From a virus, in IMG/VR virus record IMGVR_UViG_3300044971_004534: a stretch of 64,000 nucleotides of DNA; one strand, 5' to 3'. The notes beneath the pieces are model-generated. The model was not told the origin of the DNA and did not search any database. It saw only the letters and a program-made list of their open reading frames with translations. Position numbers and translations under genes: made by a program. Shown one piece after another: positions 43,801 through 46,291 of this stretch. The stretch's first letter is position 1. Each line of letters opens with the position of its first letter.

Positions 43801-46291
43801 CCATAATGTAATATTGGTGAAAAATCAAAATATTGTTACTGAACAAAGAAGTGCTAATTTAGCTGACGGCATATTAAAGAAAGTAGAATTTAATTTAACC
43901 AACTCAAGTGGCATTAGTGAATTGTACTTAAATAACTCTTCTGGTCAATCTGTAATCGTTGTTCCAGAAAGTCTTGGGCCAACGGTAAATAAGCCAATAT
44001 CTGGAATAGACTATTTTGGTAACAACCATTTGTTCAATGACTATTCTGACAAGTCGTTTAATTGGACTATTAATTCTCTTGCAAATGAACAGAATATAAG
44101 TTTTAAGGTAGACTATTTTGATTACTCAAATTCTTATCTTGTTTCTGATGACAATGAGATTAGTCTATATTATGATGAGGATGCTTCTCAGTGGAACGTT
44201 AATGTAGAAAAGATTGGTATGCACGCTTTTGTTGTCATGGAAATGCAGCAAATGATGGTGTCTTCAAGTTCAAGTTCTTCTGAATCTTCTTCCAGTAGTT
44301 CCAGTTCCAGTAGTTCCAGTTCCAGTAGTTCCAGTTCCAGTAGTTCCAGTTCCAGTAGTTCCAGTTCCAGTAGTTCCAGTTCCAGTAGTTCCAGTTCTAG
44401 TAGTTCCAGTTCCAGTAGTTCTGTTTGTACTAGAATATGGAGTGGTCCATATGGCTGCCCTGACATCAATGGTGATGGTTTTGTTGACTTTAGAGACTTG
44501 GATGCTATGATATCTCTATCTGGTACAGTTAATCCAAGCTCTAGGCAATCTGTGTCTGCAGACTTAAATGGGGACGGCTCTATAAATGTTGCAGACCAAA
44601 TATTGTTACTTAATTTTGGATATGGCTGTTGTGAATGCCCAAATTTTGTATGGCCCATATCAAGTAGTTCAACCAGTGCTGGATCTAGTAGTTCATCTTC
44701 TTTTGAAGATGAAGATATAGATTTTACTTCTTCTTCAAGTAGTTCAAGACCTATTGGTTCTTCTTCTAGTTCTTCTTCTAGTTCTTCTTCAGAAGAATCA
44801 AGCTCATCAAGCTCAAATGAATTTGATCAAGCTGCTAATTTCTCTCAAATATCTACTCAAAGGTCTTCTAGTATAGACGCAGAATTTGGAATTCAGTTCT
44901 ACAACACTGGATTTGGAGGAGCAGTTGCTGATAGTTTAAATATTAATTTTGCTCAATTAAGTCCAGTTTCAATAGCTAGGGGAGACTCTTATTCAGGAAT
45001 AGTCACTTTTTACAATGGTACAAGAATTGGTAAATACGATACTGTATCTCTAGAGGTTAAAAATGAGTCTGTAAAGTATGCAGGCTCGGTGCCTCACACG
45101 GTTCTAGAAGATTCATTTGAAGGAGTGAATACCGGCTTGGCTGCAGGCCTCGGTCAAGTGCAAAATATTAATATTGTTTCTCAAAGAAGTAAAATGTTAA
45201 GTATGTATGTTGAGGATCTAAGATATGAGACAAATTATTTTGGTTACAATATGTATTTTGCAAAACAAAAAGAATCTGTAGAAAGAAATGGATCTTTCGT
45301 CACCAACTTTGATGCGATTACGGAGTCAAATATTGATCATGTATCTTCTGATATTTACTACAAGAAAGTTATATCTAGTTCTACAATTATTAAATCAATA
45401 GGATTATTGCAGCAAGTAGTTCTTTTAGAAGATAATAAAGTTATGGTAATTGGTAATAAGAATATTGGAATTCTAGATGGTGATCTTAATTTTGAATTTA
45501 TAAACTTTAGTTTTGAAGACGGTGAAAATGTATTAAGTGCAAATATATTTGACGATGGTATAGTGGTATGCACATCAAATAGATTTGTAGTATTTGATAT
45601 TTCTATTAAGTTTATGTATTCAGTTGGATATCCAGGTAGTATTGGCACTCCAATATGTGGTTATGGGAACAATAGCGAACTTGTATTAAGCACCAGTAAT
45701 GGTATTTACTACAAACTTTTTGATGCCCCAAGTTTTGTGAGAACATATATACCATCAATATCTGGATCAAACAATCCAGATGGTGTATATAAATTTATAG
45801 ATAATAATAATGCGACCATAGGAATAGGTAAAAATATATATTGGACAAATAATAATCAATTATTTTCTAAAGTTTCTACGGAGACTGTTAATTACAATAT
45901 TCGTTCAGTTGCCAAATTCTTTAATCGGTACGTTTTTGCTACTGACAAAGGCGTATTTGTTTCAGCACTTAACATGTTGGGTTCAAATAGCGTGCAGGCT
46001 TCTCTAGCTTCTCAGTCTATATTGCCAAATAGTCCCATATCTTTTATAGATATTGCGGTAGAACAGAACCAGGTGGGTGCAAATCTTGTTAGTGCTACCG
46101 TGTATGCAATACGTTCTGACGGCGTATTATTTATATCTGAAGATCCAGCTAATTATTTTGACACTATTGAAACCCCAATTAAAAAGCCTATTATGTTACT
46201 TGTTAAGGGGTCTGATGTTTTAGTGTTCTCTAATAATAATGTATATTCGAAAAATACTAATGTGATAAAGACTTTAACTAGGAGTTTGTAA
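22895..46291 (+). CDS. 7798-aa mosaic megaprotein with carbohydrate-active-like modules, dockerin-like modules, propellers and poly-Ser linkers
   Basis: This is a single uninterrupted frame of 7798 sense codons. Alternative-frame and antisense ORFs inside it are all under 160 codons. Multiple recognisable domain motifs are listed as sub-features. The stop overlaps the next start (TAATG 46289-46293). Confidence 0.9.
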   Translation: MTWPVISSSNPFAQTINLSSDSDLPPIARWSSVPMQWVHDGESIRASVVAYHSAGIQRVDFICDGGEYESGGHIISVINPVADAVSKQDEYACSIDIDSTWPEGIHTIRAIVYSNAGTQRVLQGTWLPKFSSSSDEYSYASNGEVDFTFIVNRGSYDGITVYVDSVNGNDANSGTFGSPLKNLWSAIVKIHASHTEGSIREDVIVCKAGEYRISPLVQSDYPGGVISDAPLGSGRIGWLKIKSMDGVNKKDVVITNRSINFGSVGSPSSYTVLSNSLESRFTNFENLTLENFYDSSTNVSGEKNFIIKTGANVDSRGVWLNGCSIRGKVGVSVDTLVSSLNSQSNISFKAYPGISENIVGFATNCSVNGLYRGFKDFALVKQCGIGSVVEYAAKNCAALMSCNISSVGNVGAVSGSAVISFTEDSGIKKNIIISKNNINKSAIAHFSFDANGATFSPNDFYESIAIVSNYFTRFSGGPGKSYIFNGIKQAFIVHNSMLDSLSFHDTPNGAWTNPANVSSIYCRYNLLNGIIVDSTSGSTASLGAGLSKLNTSLTNSNSDISANIFLLPSVSSNPLFLSLIVANQNTQVNTSSHKVVKNYSEGNLALLCVSLNGVSNPAKGLESSSILNTDILGNSYENSKGDCGARQDCTEEVSPDIIETTEIKTVPISGFPILGANQVDFFQSSTFALQYQFSAFDMVLWYDQNVRNFPASATETGSPYYPGGSYQECQICTLGPGLCTSTVDGGANWFKRWSLPSSLTFELSTLPACDSGNTSKIAGTRAAFREYFDVDGMVRGMSRYNPDWALVFLHGGSEPLWWDTQIPGMSQWALLKDDGEESTSMGLGMDVVQAYKDASNKYKQKLMAYFFPFAWIELDSSVYPYALDIFGNHVTEGRHGPTISYRSSFNDAFVDLLCQIHVEMARKCFDIETGYGFAGCMWDAAPMLYTLDFSPDAIAASGIDATKDFPWPLNNPADGSNTALLTAFVSEVTANANPGSLLLRDPNPARGWTQDIKDKLQAYVYALNNLQPDIMRRIREAVDEAGYSDFVILHAVANSQPSFEWPGNAEDVALYSSGVKTEIGAEGYLRRRQASNVTSKTGSKAAPDLWLAMHTDFLMSQSRTGKRAYGWQIGQWIIPNWISGSECDATFKSCLTTFDGNYSNKVEFKNNLLPRDIAVRGWLENQSLLALASHVTPEFMYGFYDWYKYDQVEDLSGFENAADAFAIQHLPYMRRISSILGSVSDANVKLHNRSNVAWCVILHRPELGWKTSLYINTGVNESFSGPGFAYYWPIFGAVQTCVEHGIAHVIAQDDAFTASNFANSGVVIVPFDKNLLSASVRNELELFDGLVIYVQDAIANGELDDNFHNTQSVGNKTRAQVSRDQLWNLMQRTNKNLVLQTEFSYPQNLPESPIPMVGYEIGTDVYENQSLLVTLVADAAWHDGRKYGFFGLTVNNYPVNGVCGRQNLLLASPNDPENDLVNSLNLRKILDVCSCTYTDTFTTINTIAGRDCYYVNHSAAGVIPVEVLPARGKLNYYAGYPPVWNSNRSARITFNASQKPYRLRQLLLNKDDGVFGPVDMFVNNDFVDVVPFEIGSFVQVQLSDADIIPHVGMCVSEDLLKVASVDDLISLLSFLRDQPASFNVIKVRLSCGSSMVEGDVVANTLFTEIISHAQSNQNAYSWLVNNVGEIGSPTIHTLFGLLRSTSQNPCGDGSFSVGGVLIQNEGICKIASALTSLSTMYNRLTSDSQCYCESSDTYKLYSSKVNLDRSLSPSDGSSWAATVEDEISAISDASDGLMMYIRPVSDISSDYYNIDVNGLPIIDGIVKYVSDVNDAILSHTANVQDASDYYAGVVLDFEHLFNINSPLATLHADACSYPFFINSQGSDSFDNVRRSIAYVNGRLISVLSAIKFINPKLQVSIRGLGRIDDAFGFEESKDSSAVHTAANCTPKAREELYKRVSEFYGPLLEACDFVYLWNANESEDADLSGIIPSIAKANLRLSSLSKHFEYRQANQPLIFVEINGTYLSSNGNSPSDYCEVSSAEILAESLDPFIRNSIDGFVYYAGQENIEKSIFENCPTSISNSAIAAAVSSCWDVAISNCSSESGVISAFESSILNHIELISSHIGGSTTESYIPFIIMMGESNAGGLAKNSEALASELGTRDEVKILNNYTLNFETLNISATGNNILDHRNPNGIPDVTDSIWNSNGGPPHGWELGLANAVRDGKFATDFVYLLKTGHGGSKIGDNAIDGDWDTSDTYWNLFVNRFNVAKSAIIADGYTPQVYLWYEIGINDCISNVNPSQWKTKLVQKFINVRSAVGANIPIFIVLLPDVDMSGGSIDNISDFNNAILEICAENNLIYWVKSEDAPLKSGDIYHWNYYGMKNLADKMSYLTADVIGQGINYIANIAVAPNQPDYNNFSPVIGFIPYSNSSDPALEFVYPSFEVRGRLSGNAINDEPGSGPYPSSDGSPSQAISFFNSKGIPAARRSVFYFNIGSSTFDGVFSDPIYNRTYEQLYNSSDSCIDANGDIVRQDTLDPREAQNPTYRGSLAFVSPWTLGANTRLEQFTRQWVGEYKNLNGKIYGFISDNESLNPTGFWAVPSLRYDNNNTSRIPHFQKIINDPRSLLTNESAGYAFEIGKNLKDQLRLNDFYNINDFDSVDFRTIDDPQFRGGYLHWDYVMYRHAIWYAQKHWYDAISDYFPNHNSTHVWTFYIPKEDHFNDMNGHITYRDMLCGNTANPLLFGECGGIGINSEIDPNNKTRTRFLSQYNPGGTPFGSRAWNSLLLQQQEIKAIRRHPENQKFIPWIGSRNLILNNAFGGGSDVNHDSLWAEGVYHLALHNPEAIYMFYPRNPDGAGDTAWYIENGLVSYQLLNSILKEVNERTGNKIVSLVESSIQRINLDSKVLITGCKTIKNKHLWRITADVLHVNSLNIDGSVFAVQSSSPAIWYETGTNVAAINILSYDPVTKTLNLVSSSAEAPLCKSCMSAFISPAITASEFNVDKNSFPQNIFSMIEISDRVLSRDTYDPNGACAANASAIVSCNKYAFYKNDTSDYNIDGGINYINDVVLGASAENAFNYTGNIGFEFSKIKQLFIDYLSVPSGLAVMGSELNKAIRQMFETVVVSKNFAPKAKIGIVNSPVVPFSMPNFDWSTASESERYNIIDKCASLIEDTISEVDFIALDMRQQFEIQNNVQYASFLSYAISVVKHFKQWLSSKGLTKKIFAVVSKESYQDFTEVPNDKYTTLIASVSEYVDGFVYKSLTAEKWIQLFDGDANNDQAAFDSLSSILNRNVGSADTATYNAIQSYNLSNLTTLKSTVSFNCRSYNVSNSSGDVISFRATRGPSYPEWMSSARLMMKFSLSAENIKSCAALAVPHMPAASSLSDEDTIVCVFVNTQYVSNSSLFTISGASCNAVRKISTARSVFLNALQLQQFVNYAVSYAPDVLVFDAHQFDEPLWYSTATPIGTWNILTSHPGYGLGPGLDIIDTYVAAASTVGSKCVLDINPCSFVTLPASQYPYSLNCFGGIIKENFDNGINISIRSFLNQNFVDLTYQYHDELFSKGVDGVMWNREVLSDYGDFSANVIEKFARYLGYESANELEFKERFPFPAVCGSSLGNYLYSAAGFTGTCDSSANISVEDLVFKIPNFGTLYTQEIKDTLIEYFAFCHNLANANILYIQNKIDYSYGTSGLKVIIPHVGSDIIYKWKSSLSSEILNSASVITVNSGIEKQARSRRIKNANTSNNTQEIQRPGAATVENFGLDLLSSSDGKKIIIRKLPNIFKYADTSVASQWNNFDNVNATNIVEDGIVREDGIKGHLASCVFDYIRAGHAVMLDMPNWSNYQEDGETVNYSYVNNDPPRNDMPFVLNVVDINSLMSTLISTSARNNKHAWVGVHYPNRARKYVHVSDSVASFGQEFYSDSNLELSRYGYSGSMSIGQFNWPIFGVYESCIYSGISCAVINDTSLENGDFSGLSVIVIPHKKLLSSMQKDKLDQFNGSVIYLEDLYGQGLQNLWHSSLNTISTNNPDYVTLYNLLINKINAVAGNPPVKVSVNIDNSINTDSGNYILKPFSVFEVSESPESTKIVVCVANDRNWADVRNNIDENGIYGQIERNNDLLNISSANPVFNTIYSGDDFYVNNSYPVLGQFNYYAGDPPAGFGKTFSVRLSFKNNISLLSVTQISCNYSDNNVSGTSLSWSSGASGQSVISNLISDFAWFEIEFSYITPSSSSSSSSSSSSSSSIDDGCITWTGPGCLDLDGDGVIKGSDLAALFAAYSVYDPKADFNGDGVVNSLDLGILQVNWGRCVTCPNWNPSSSSSSSSSSSSSSSSSSSSSSSSSSSSSSSSSSSSSSSSSSSECVTWNGPGCPDMNVDGKVDGVDLQICLSAQSEYNPVADLDGNGIVNGNDLGILMTYWGQCVICPNWPPSSSSSSSSVSSSSSSSSSSSASSSSSSSSSSSSSTIELFSILQARPSVGPKQPSWWSTASVHFQSFNPYATIKQIYEANMDESAPAITEPSLLEVYNEQSSGCGVRPYYANSPTGYPPGYEFTYRSDYAWMRSNGNSFKERFENALNAWFNPEQRALVAHRYRPDIVMIDLHNGDEPFIYNSAVPNAKTSLMIDDVSGLSDYDMVRPFIRKSHELGMKCTAYFKPHFAFLNESVFPAALTANGQKIRAEVNLTQSCTIQRSIFNENFKNFLKNCMIEIVTPESGGGLECDGIYWDASLLEELLDFSSDAIDVYAKYLGYSGYDDPEYVLWAQSNFPFPKTSGWIVSQEDGYIGGGSRPSYKNVYPDSNFEGLGYYNLINNNVDLNENHIENLKTFVSVIKNRYYEILDEISQAVSVASNGNAVFFPAELPSWPDQPHASVSSEVARYTHAVKTEFAVEPRGYSGLRRKSELTQAVLSNEILYCDIQRPSMSLSMTLNQKLDFFSGNKTAIQWNPQRVWISDLPIGSSGSANTLTTFNSDQFYVYPTGYPLFFERGLGREDSIHGYLRAVYQIMIKNGNIFDFNTWYGAGWVGDQDQFIQDATLINNDGYFNNPDMGVSPGNTYAFWRKAIYHARKMKEEIIKEGLIFNIREAYSWAAIHVPVRGRIGIDAPVSWGQDYVIGQNKTINRTVTTNENNQNWGQFWWPILGAMQAFEDRFIPYSLLLDEQLYNGELNGISVIIIPHREWLTVTDQIRLLQFETAGGKVVYMDNAFSDSGGGSSDPRRKGRWYSYEDQNSESIKFINYVKLIAGEPTFSGSVTSYEYDDGTYRHKQAGWFKLSEQDSDGKLLVGVHLLNDMSWMDMRKNASMLSGIDPRFNQLDPVTVPVKGLMDQDLFGWGEDWRNWYNENFDPTNPPHASILPYPIPNPDPSANVKQYFYDPHAENMWGKPLIGYGQYWSANLRLNLPSDFRINKVYKFYVDQENDPNDAGITKKAFNYRAAAESTVMSLSNMPYLPRLNSINTSNTANVINYGAIGDGVSDDTQAFIDAIASGFSAIYIPAGKYRITSSLNISDSVNIIGDIGSSILMSDIQGGNALFNIVPEGSAVTYSYEGQIFSGQKEFQLSSTIGLSVGQKLIFKIGHESASSLSFEYAYDIEIQSINGNIITSASGAPFASDKLIHKIDVYAMSPHDLVIEGIDITSYDENSSYYAFNLLNCINVNLRNINIFNSSFHGIRINKSSKISIERCVFDNIGAGSGAMPSATAITVTYAYDLNLYRNYVKNSLSGLLNLFKSRKINGSYLWVNNCQDACSFAYIRDILEFEVTNVYINNKDLIFVTDLGVSSPYSTSNVYLLQKPFEFNVSNHSGILRIENRVFNGVTSGVITIPVNPPIVSSSSGNESLDVIAWGAGSDPSKYQRANSWNDLYVTVPRSYAHKDQSYIPYIDNPEKVEIQEGNTFVLDANGKMYSSGSTKFNMRPLPASITDNTVIDFSSSLYQLGLIISDNGTGDLSVLVHGRKQYNLCRTLKFNNNSNEIFYVNANGKIGRVNVFSQQEIDGIVYGHNDVWSDGNPLYQISCNSIQFTQNGKLGIFGALWSWEFGAYNIAQVYNLETKQNDHITPKSVLLLRRDDPQNAWIPEWAWSSQDTVQDRMLCHSLSDSNDHIFIFGLWYIYKIDIVTKEIISKKKIWDIFTPGMFSDDPCPIGYAKYLPQSSKWVIMLLDTYNYPVLNGYLGVVTDSDFNVLHYIEDPSNDGQGSLMYPNVHKQVDISSDEKRLVISSYSYSGEKTFVNLINLASGGSSLWTLELNSETEDDFVARFVKFTQDNSYIVVGLVRNIKILNLAGAPIDINDSENSYTSFASTIDDVSTGVLNNDIIVCTRSTGGWCISGWESVAEFAPTENQIQKFTFDNGGVRKFAFSPDGLRCSYWGWSNYYRVSNSPRLEDFSFVDTNFTIKDRSNLAIDIFDYIGDAVPVSIATGVENAAVVLSNGSLFCWGTNRQNETDYPDVSNAKSVHYVSEHWSNTLFDSEGRPLRGRGYIVLLKDGTIKLWGSWVFLEGYADLLQINDAIKISCSSWYVTVLHSNGVASLHGRTDVVPPTEPFPENESNIIDIASTRLGGMLLKASGDVITWGYESVDSNPASWTYGSGLTHRPSAAIGKVAKLGTSYFGAYPVIKQDGRIACWGWDSFRLCAGGDDANGDGIPDYVCNGIVREGYNYNNTPPLRSSFIDISAGRMHTSFVLNDKTAYFTDWSSDKIDNYVDYGQFGPLQDWYPAANSFAQSDMPSPLNKNIKSVSSGFGYTYFIREDNSIFSIGADPGMGLVNVLWAWLFEWDVDFEMPLFAPITFQAITPSDLTHAKKIAAGDFHTAAITMENTVRCWGYNKFGQCDVPAEAVDIVDIAVGRYHTVAVKADGSVICWGRDNKGQCAVPSSIPPIKKVAACMSHNVALTTSGNLVYWGSGDHYDALSLFNGNPFPSESPNQRGDYASSGNYTDVSTGVFHTIALKNDGTVAVWGKANYNTGIPGFDNNFGQFDYPELNGKKVVKISAGHYHNVILVKNQNIVTEQRSANLADGILKKVEFNLTNSSGISELYLNNSSGQSVIVVPESLGPTVNKPISGIDYFGNNHLFNDYSDKSFNWTINSLANEQNISFKVDYFDYSNSYLVSDDNEISLYYDEDASQWNVNVEKIGMHAFVVMEMQQMMVSSSSSSSESSSSSSSSSSSSSSSSSSSSSSSSSSSSSSSSSSSSSSSSSSSSSSVCTRIWSGPYGCPDINGDGFVDFRDLDAMISLSGTVNPSSRQSVSADLNGDGSINVADQILLLNFGYGCCECPNFVWPISSSSTSAGSSSSSSFEDEDIDFTSSSSSSRPIGSSSSSSSSSSSEESSSSSSNEFDQAANFSQISTQRSSSIDAEFGIQFYNTGFGGAVADSLNINFAQLSPVSIARGDSYSGIVTFYNGTRIGKYDTVSLEVKNESVKYAGSVPHTVLEDSFEGVNTGLAAGLGQVQNINIVSQRSKMLSMYVEDLRYETNYFGYNMYFAKQKESVERNGSFVTNFDAITESNIDHVSSDIYYKKVISSSTIIKSIGLLQQVVLLEDNKVMVIGNKNIGILDGDLNFEFINFSFEDGENVLSANIFDDGIVVCTSNRFVVFDISIKFMYSVGYPGSIGTPICGYGNNSELVLSTSNGIYYKLFDAPSFVRTYIPSISGSNNPDGVYKFIDNNNATIGIGKNIYWTNNNQLFSKVSTETVNYNIRSVAKFFNRYVFATDKGVFVSALNMLGSNSVQASLASQSILPNSPISFIDIAVEQNQVGANLVSATVYAIRSDGVLFISEDPANYFDTIETPIKKPIMLLVKGSDVLVFSNNNVYSKNTNVIKTLTRSL
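23365..24560 (+). other. N-terminal right-handed parallel beta-helix-like segment
   Basis: The entry motif ITVYVDSVNGNDANSGTFGSPLKNLWSAIVKI resembles the DUF1565/pectin-lyase-fold N-terminus (yVd..Gsd.n.Gt...Pl.ti..A). It is followed by roughly 25-residue repeats rich in N/G/S/V. Confidence 0.5.
24900..27700 (+). other. GH42-like three-domain module A (TIM-barrel-like, GH42M-like and beta-sandwich parts)
   Basis: The segment AWCVILHRPELGW...YYWPIFGAVQTCVEHGIAHVIAQDD...SGVVIVPFDKNLLSASVRNELELFDGLVIYVQD parallels the beta-galactosidase trimerisation (GH42M) pattern. That pattern is vAilfd..., gi.vdvv, then yklvvaPalyllseelaekLeeyVenGG.lv. The upstream part (GFAGCMWDAAP...) is paralogous to modules B and C. 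Confidence 0.5.
29285..30075 (+). other. SGNH / SASA-type carbohydrate esterase domain
   Basis: The SGNH blocks appear in the correct order. They are block I FIIMMGESNAGG (about 29305), block II KTGHGGSKIG, block III YEIGINDC (about 29750) and block V SGDIYHWN (about 30000, DxxH). Confidence 0.65.
33165..35560 (+). other. GH42-like three-domain module B
   Basis: It is paralogous to modules A and C. The matches are PDVLVFDAHQFDEPLWY, GVDGVMWNREVLSDYGDFSANVIEKFARYLGY and HAWVGVHYP...NWPIFGVYESCIYSGISCAVIND...LSVIVIPHKKLLSSMQKDKLDQFNGSVIYLED. Confidence 0.5.
35561..35605 (+). repeat. Poly-Ser linker 1 (15 Ser codons)
   Basis: There is an in-frame run of mixed AGT/TCA/TCT/AGC/TCG codons between module B and dockerin-like module 1. 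Confidence 0.95.
35606..35821 (+). other. Dockerin-like module 1 (two Ca-loop repeats, Cys-bracketed)
   Basis: The sequence is C-ITW-TGPG-C-LDLDGDGVIKGSD...DFNGDGVVNSLDLGILQVNWGR-C-VT-C-PNW. It has two 12-residue DxDGDGxxxxxD EF-hand-like loops, as in type I dockerins. Confidence 0.7.
35822..35950 (+). repeat. Poly-Ser linker 2 (43 Ser codons) built from perfect tandem repeats
   Basis: AGTTCTAGTAGTTCCAGC (18 nt) occurs 3 times, followed by AGTTCCAGTTCCAGC (15 nt) 4 times, all in frame. Confidence 0.95.
35951..36157 (+). other. Dockerin-like module 2
   Basis: The sequence is C-VTW-NGPG-C-PDMNVDGKVDGVD...DLDGNGIVNGNDLGILMTYWGQ-C-VI-C-PNW, with the same Cys bracket as module 1. Confidence 0.7.
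36158..36259 (+). repeat. Poly-Ser linker 3 (Ser run with single V and A interruptions)
   Basis: The in-frame translation is SSSSSSSSVSSSSSSSSSSSASSSSSSSSSSSSS. Confidence 0.95.
36260..39170 (+). other. GH42-like three-domain module C
   Basis: The matches to modules A and B are PDIVMIDLHNGDEPFIY, ECDGIYWDASLLEELLDFSSDAIDVYAKYLGY and YSWAAIHVP...FWWPILGAMQAFEDRFIPYSLLLDE...ISVIIIPHREWLTVTDQIRLLQFETAGGKVVYMDN. Confidence 0.5.
39235..40330 (+). other. Pectate-lyase-superfamily (tailspike/depolymerase-type) beta-helix
   Basis: NVINYGAIGDGVSDDTQAFIDAIASGFSAIYIPAGKYRITSSLNI is the classic Pectate_lyase_3 N-terminal signature (GAkGDGvtDDt.Aiq.Ai...PaG.Y). It is followed by repeated N/I/S-rich coils (NLLNCINVNLRNINIFNSSFHGIRINKSSKISIERCVF). 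Confidence 0.75.
40800..41960 (+). other. WD40/PD40-like beta-propeller region
   Basis: The blade-like motifs are SSDEKRLVISSYSYSGEKTFVNLINLASG, FTQDNSYIVVGLVRNIKILNLAG and FAFSPDGLRCSYWGW. Confidence 0.35.
42050..43830 (+). other. RCC1-like repeat propeller(s), about 11-12 blades
   Basis: The repeats include KIAAGDFHTAAITMENTVRCWGYNKFGQCDVP, IAVGRYHTVAVKADGSVICWGRDNKGQCAVP, VSTGVFHTIALKNDGTVAVWGKANY and AAVVLSNGSLFCWGTNRQNE. These match the canonical RCC1 pattern (G..H..al..dG.v..WG.n..GQ.g). Confidence 0.8.
44261..44422 (+). repeat. Poly-Ser linker 4 (54 codons, one Glu) with a 15-nt tandem repeat
   Basis: AGTAGTTCCAGTTCC is repeated about 8 times in frame, with one TCT variant. Confidence 0.95.
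44423..44660 (+). other. Dockerin-like module 3
   Basis: The sequence is C-TRIWSGPYG-C-PDINGDGFVDFRD...DLNGDGSINVADQILLLNFGYG-C-CE-C-PNF, with the same four-Cys bracket as modules 1 and 2. Confidence 0.65.
44661..44818 (+). repeat. Ser/acidic-rich linker 5
   Basis: The in-frame translation is SSSSTSAGSSSSSSFEDEDIDFTSSSSSSRPIGSSSSSSSSSSSEESSSSSSNE. Confidence 0.9.
45350..46288 (+). other. C-terminal propeller-like repeats of the megaprotein
   Basis: The blade motifs VLSTSNGIYYKLFD, IGIGKNIYWTNNNQLF, VFATDKGVFVSALN, YAIRSDGVLFISEDP and LVFSNNNVYSKNTN are of the same style as in ORF 2410..7956. Confidence 0.4.

Noticed and set aside
35822-44422. The tandem repeats could be a CRISPR array or a non-coding satellite
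   Set aside because: The units are 12-18 nt, directly abutting without spacers, multiples of three and in frame with the surrounding ORF (all Ser codons). No cas genes are present.
44188-44658. A 156-aa minus-strand ORF with a long ELLELE repeat, plus 56328..56585 with a TARTTA repeat
   Set aside because: The explanation is the same mirror-image artefact of the Ser-codon repeats (linker 4 and the 3994-aa ORF linker).
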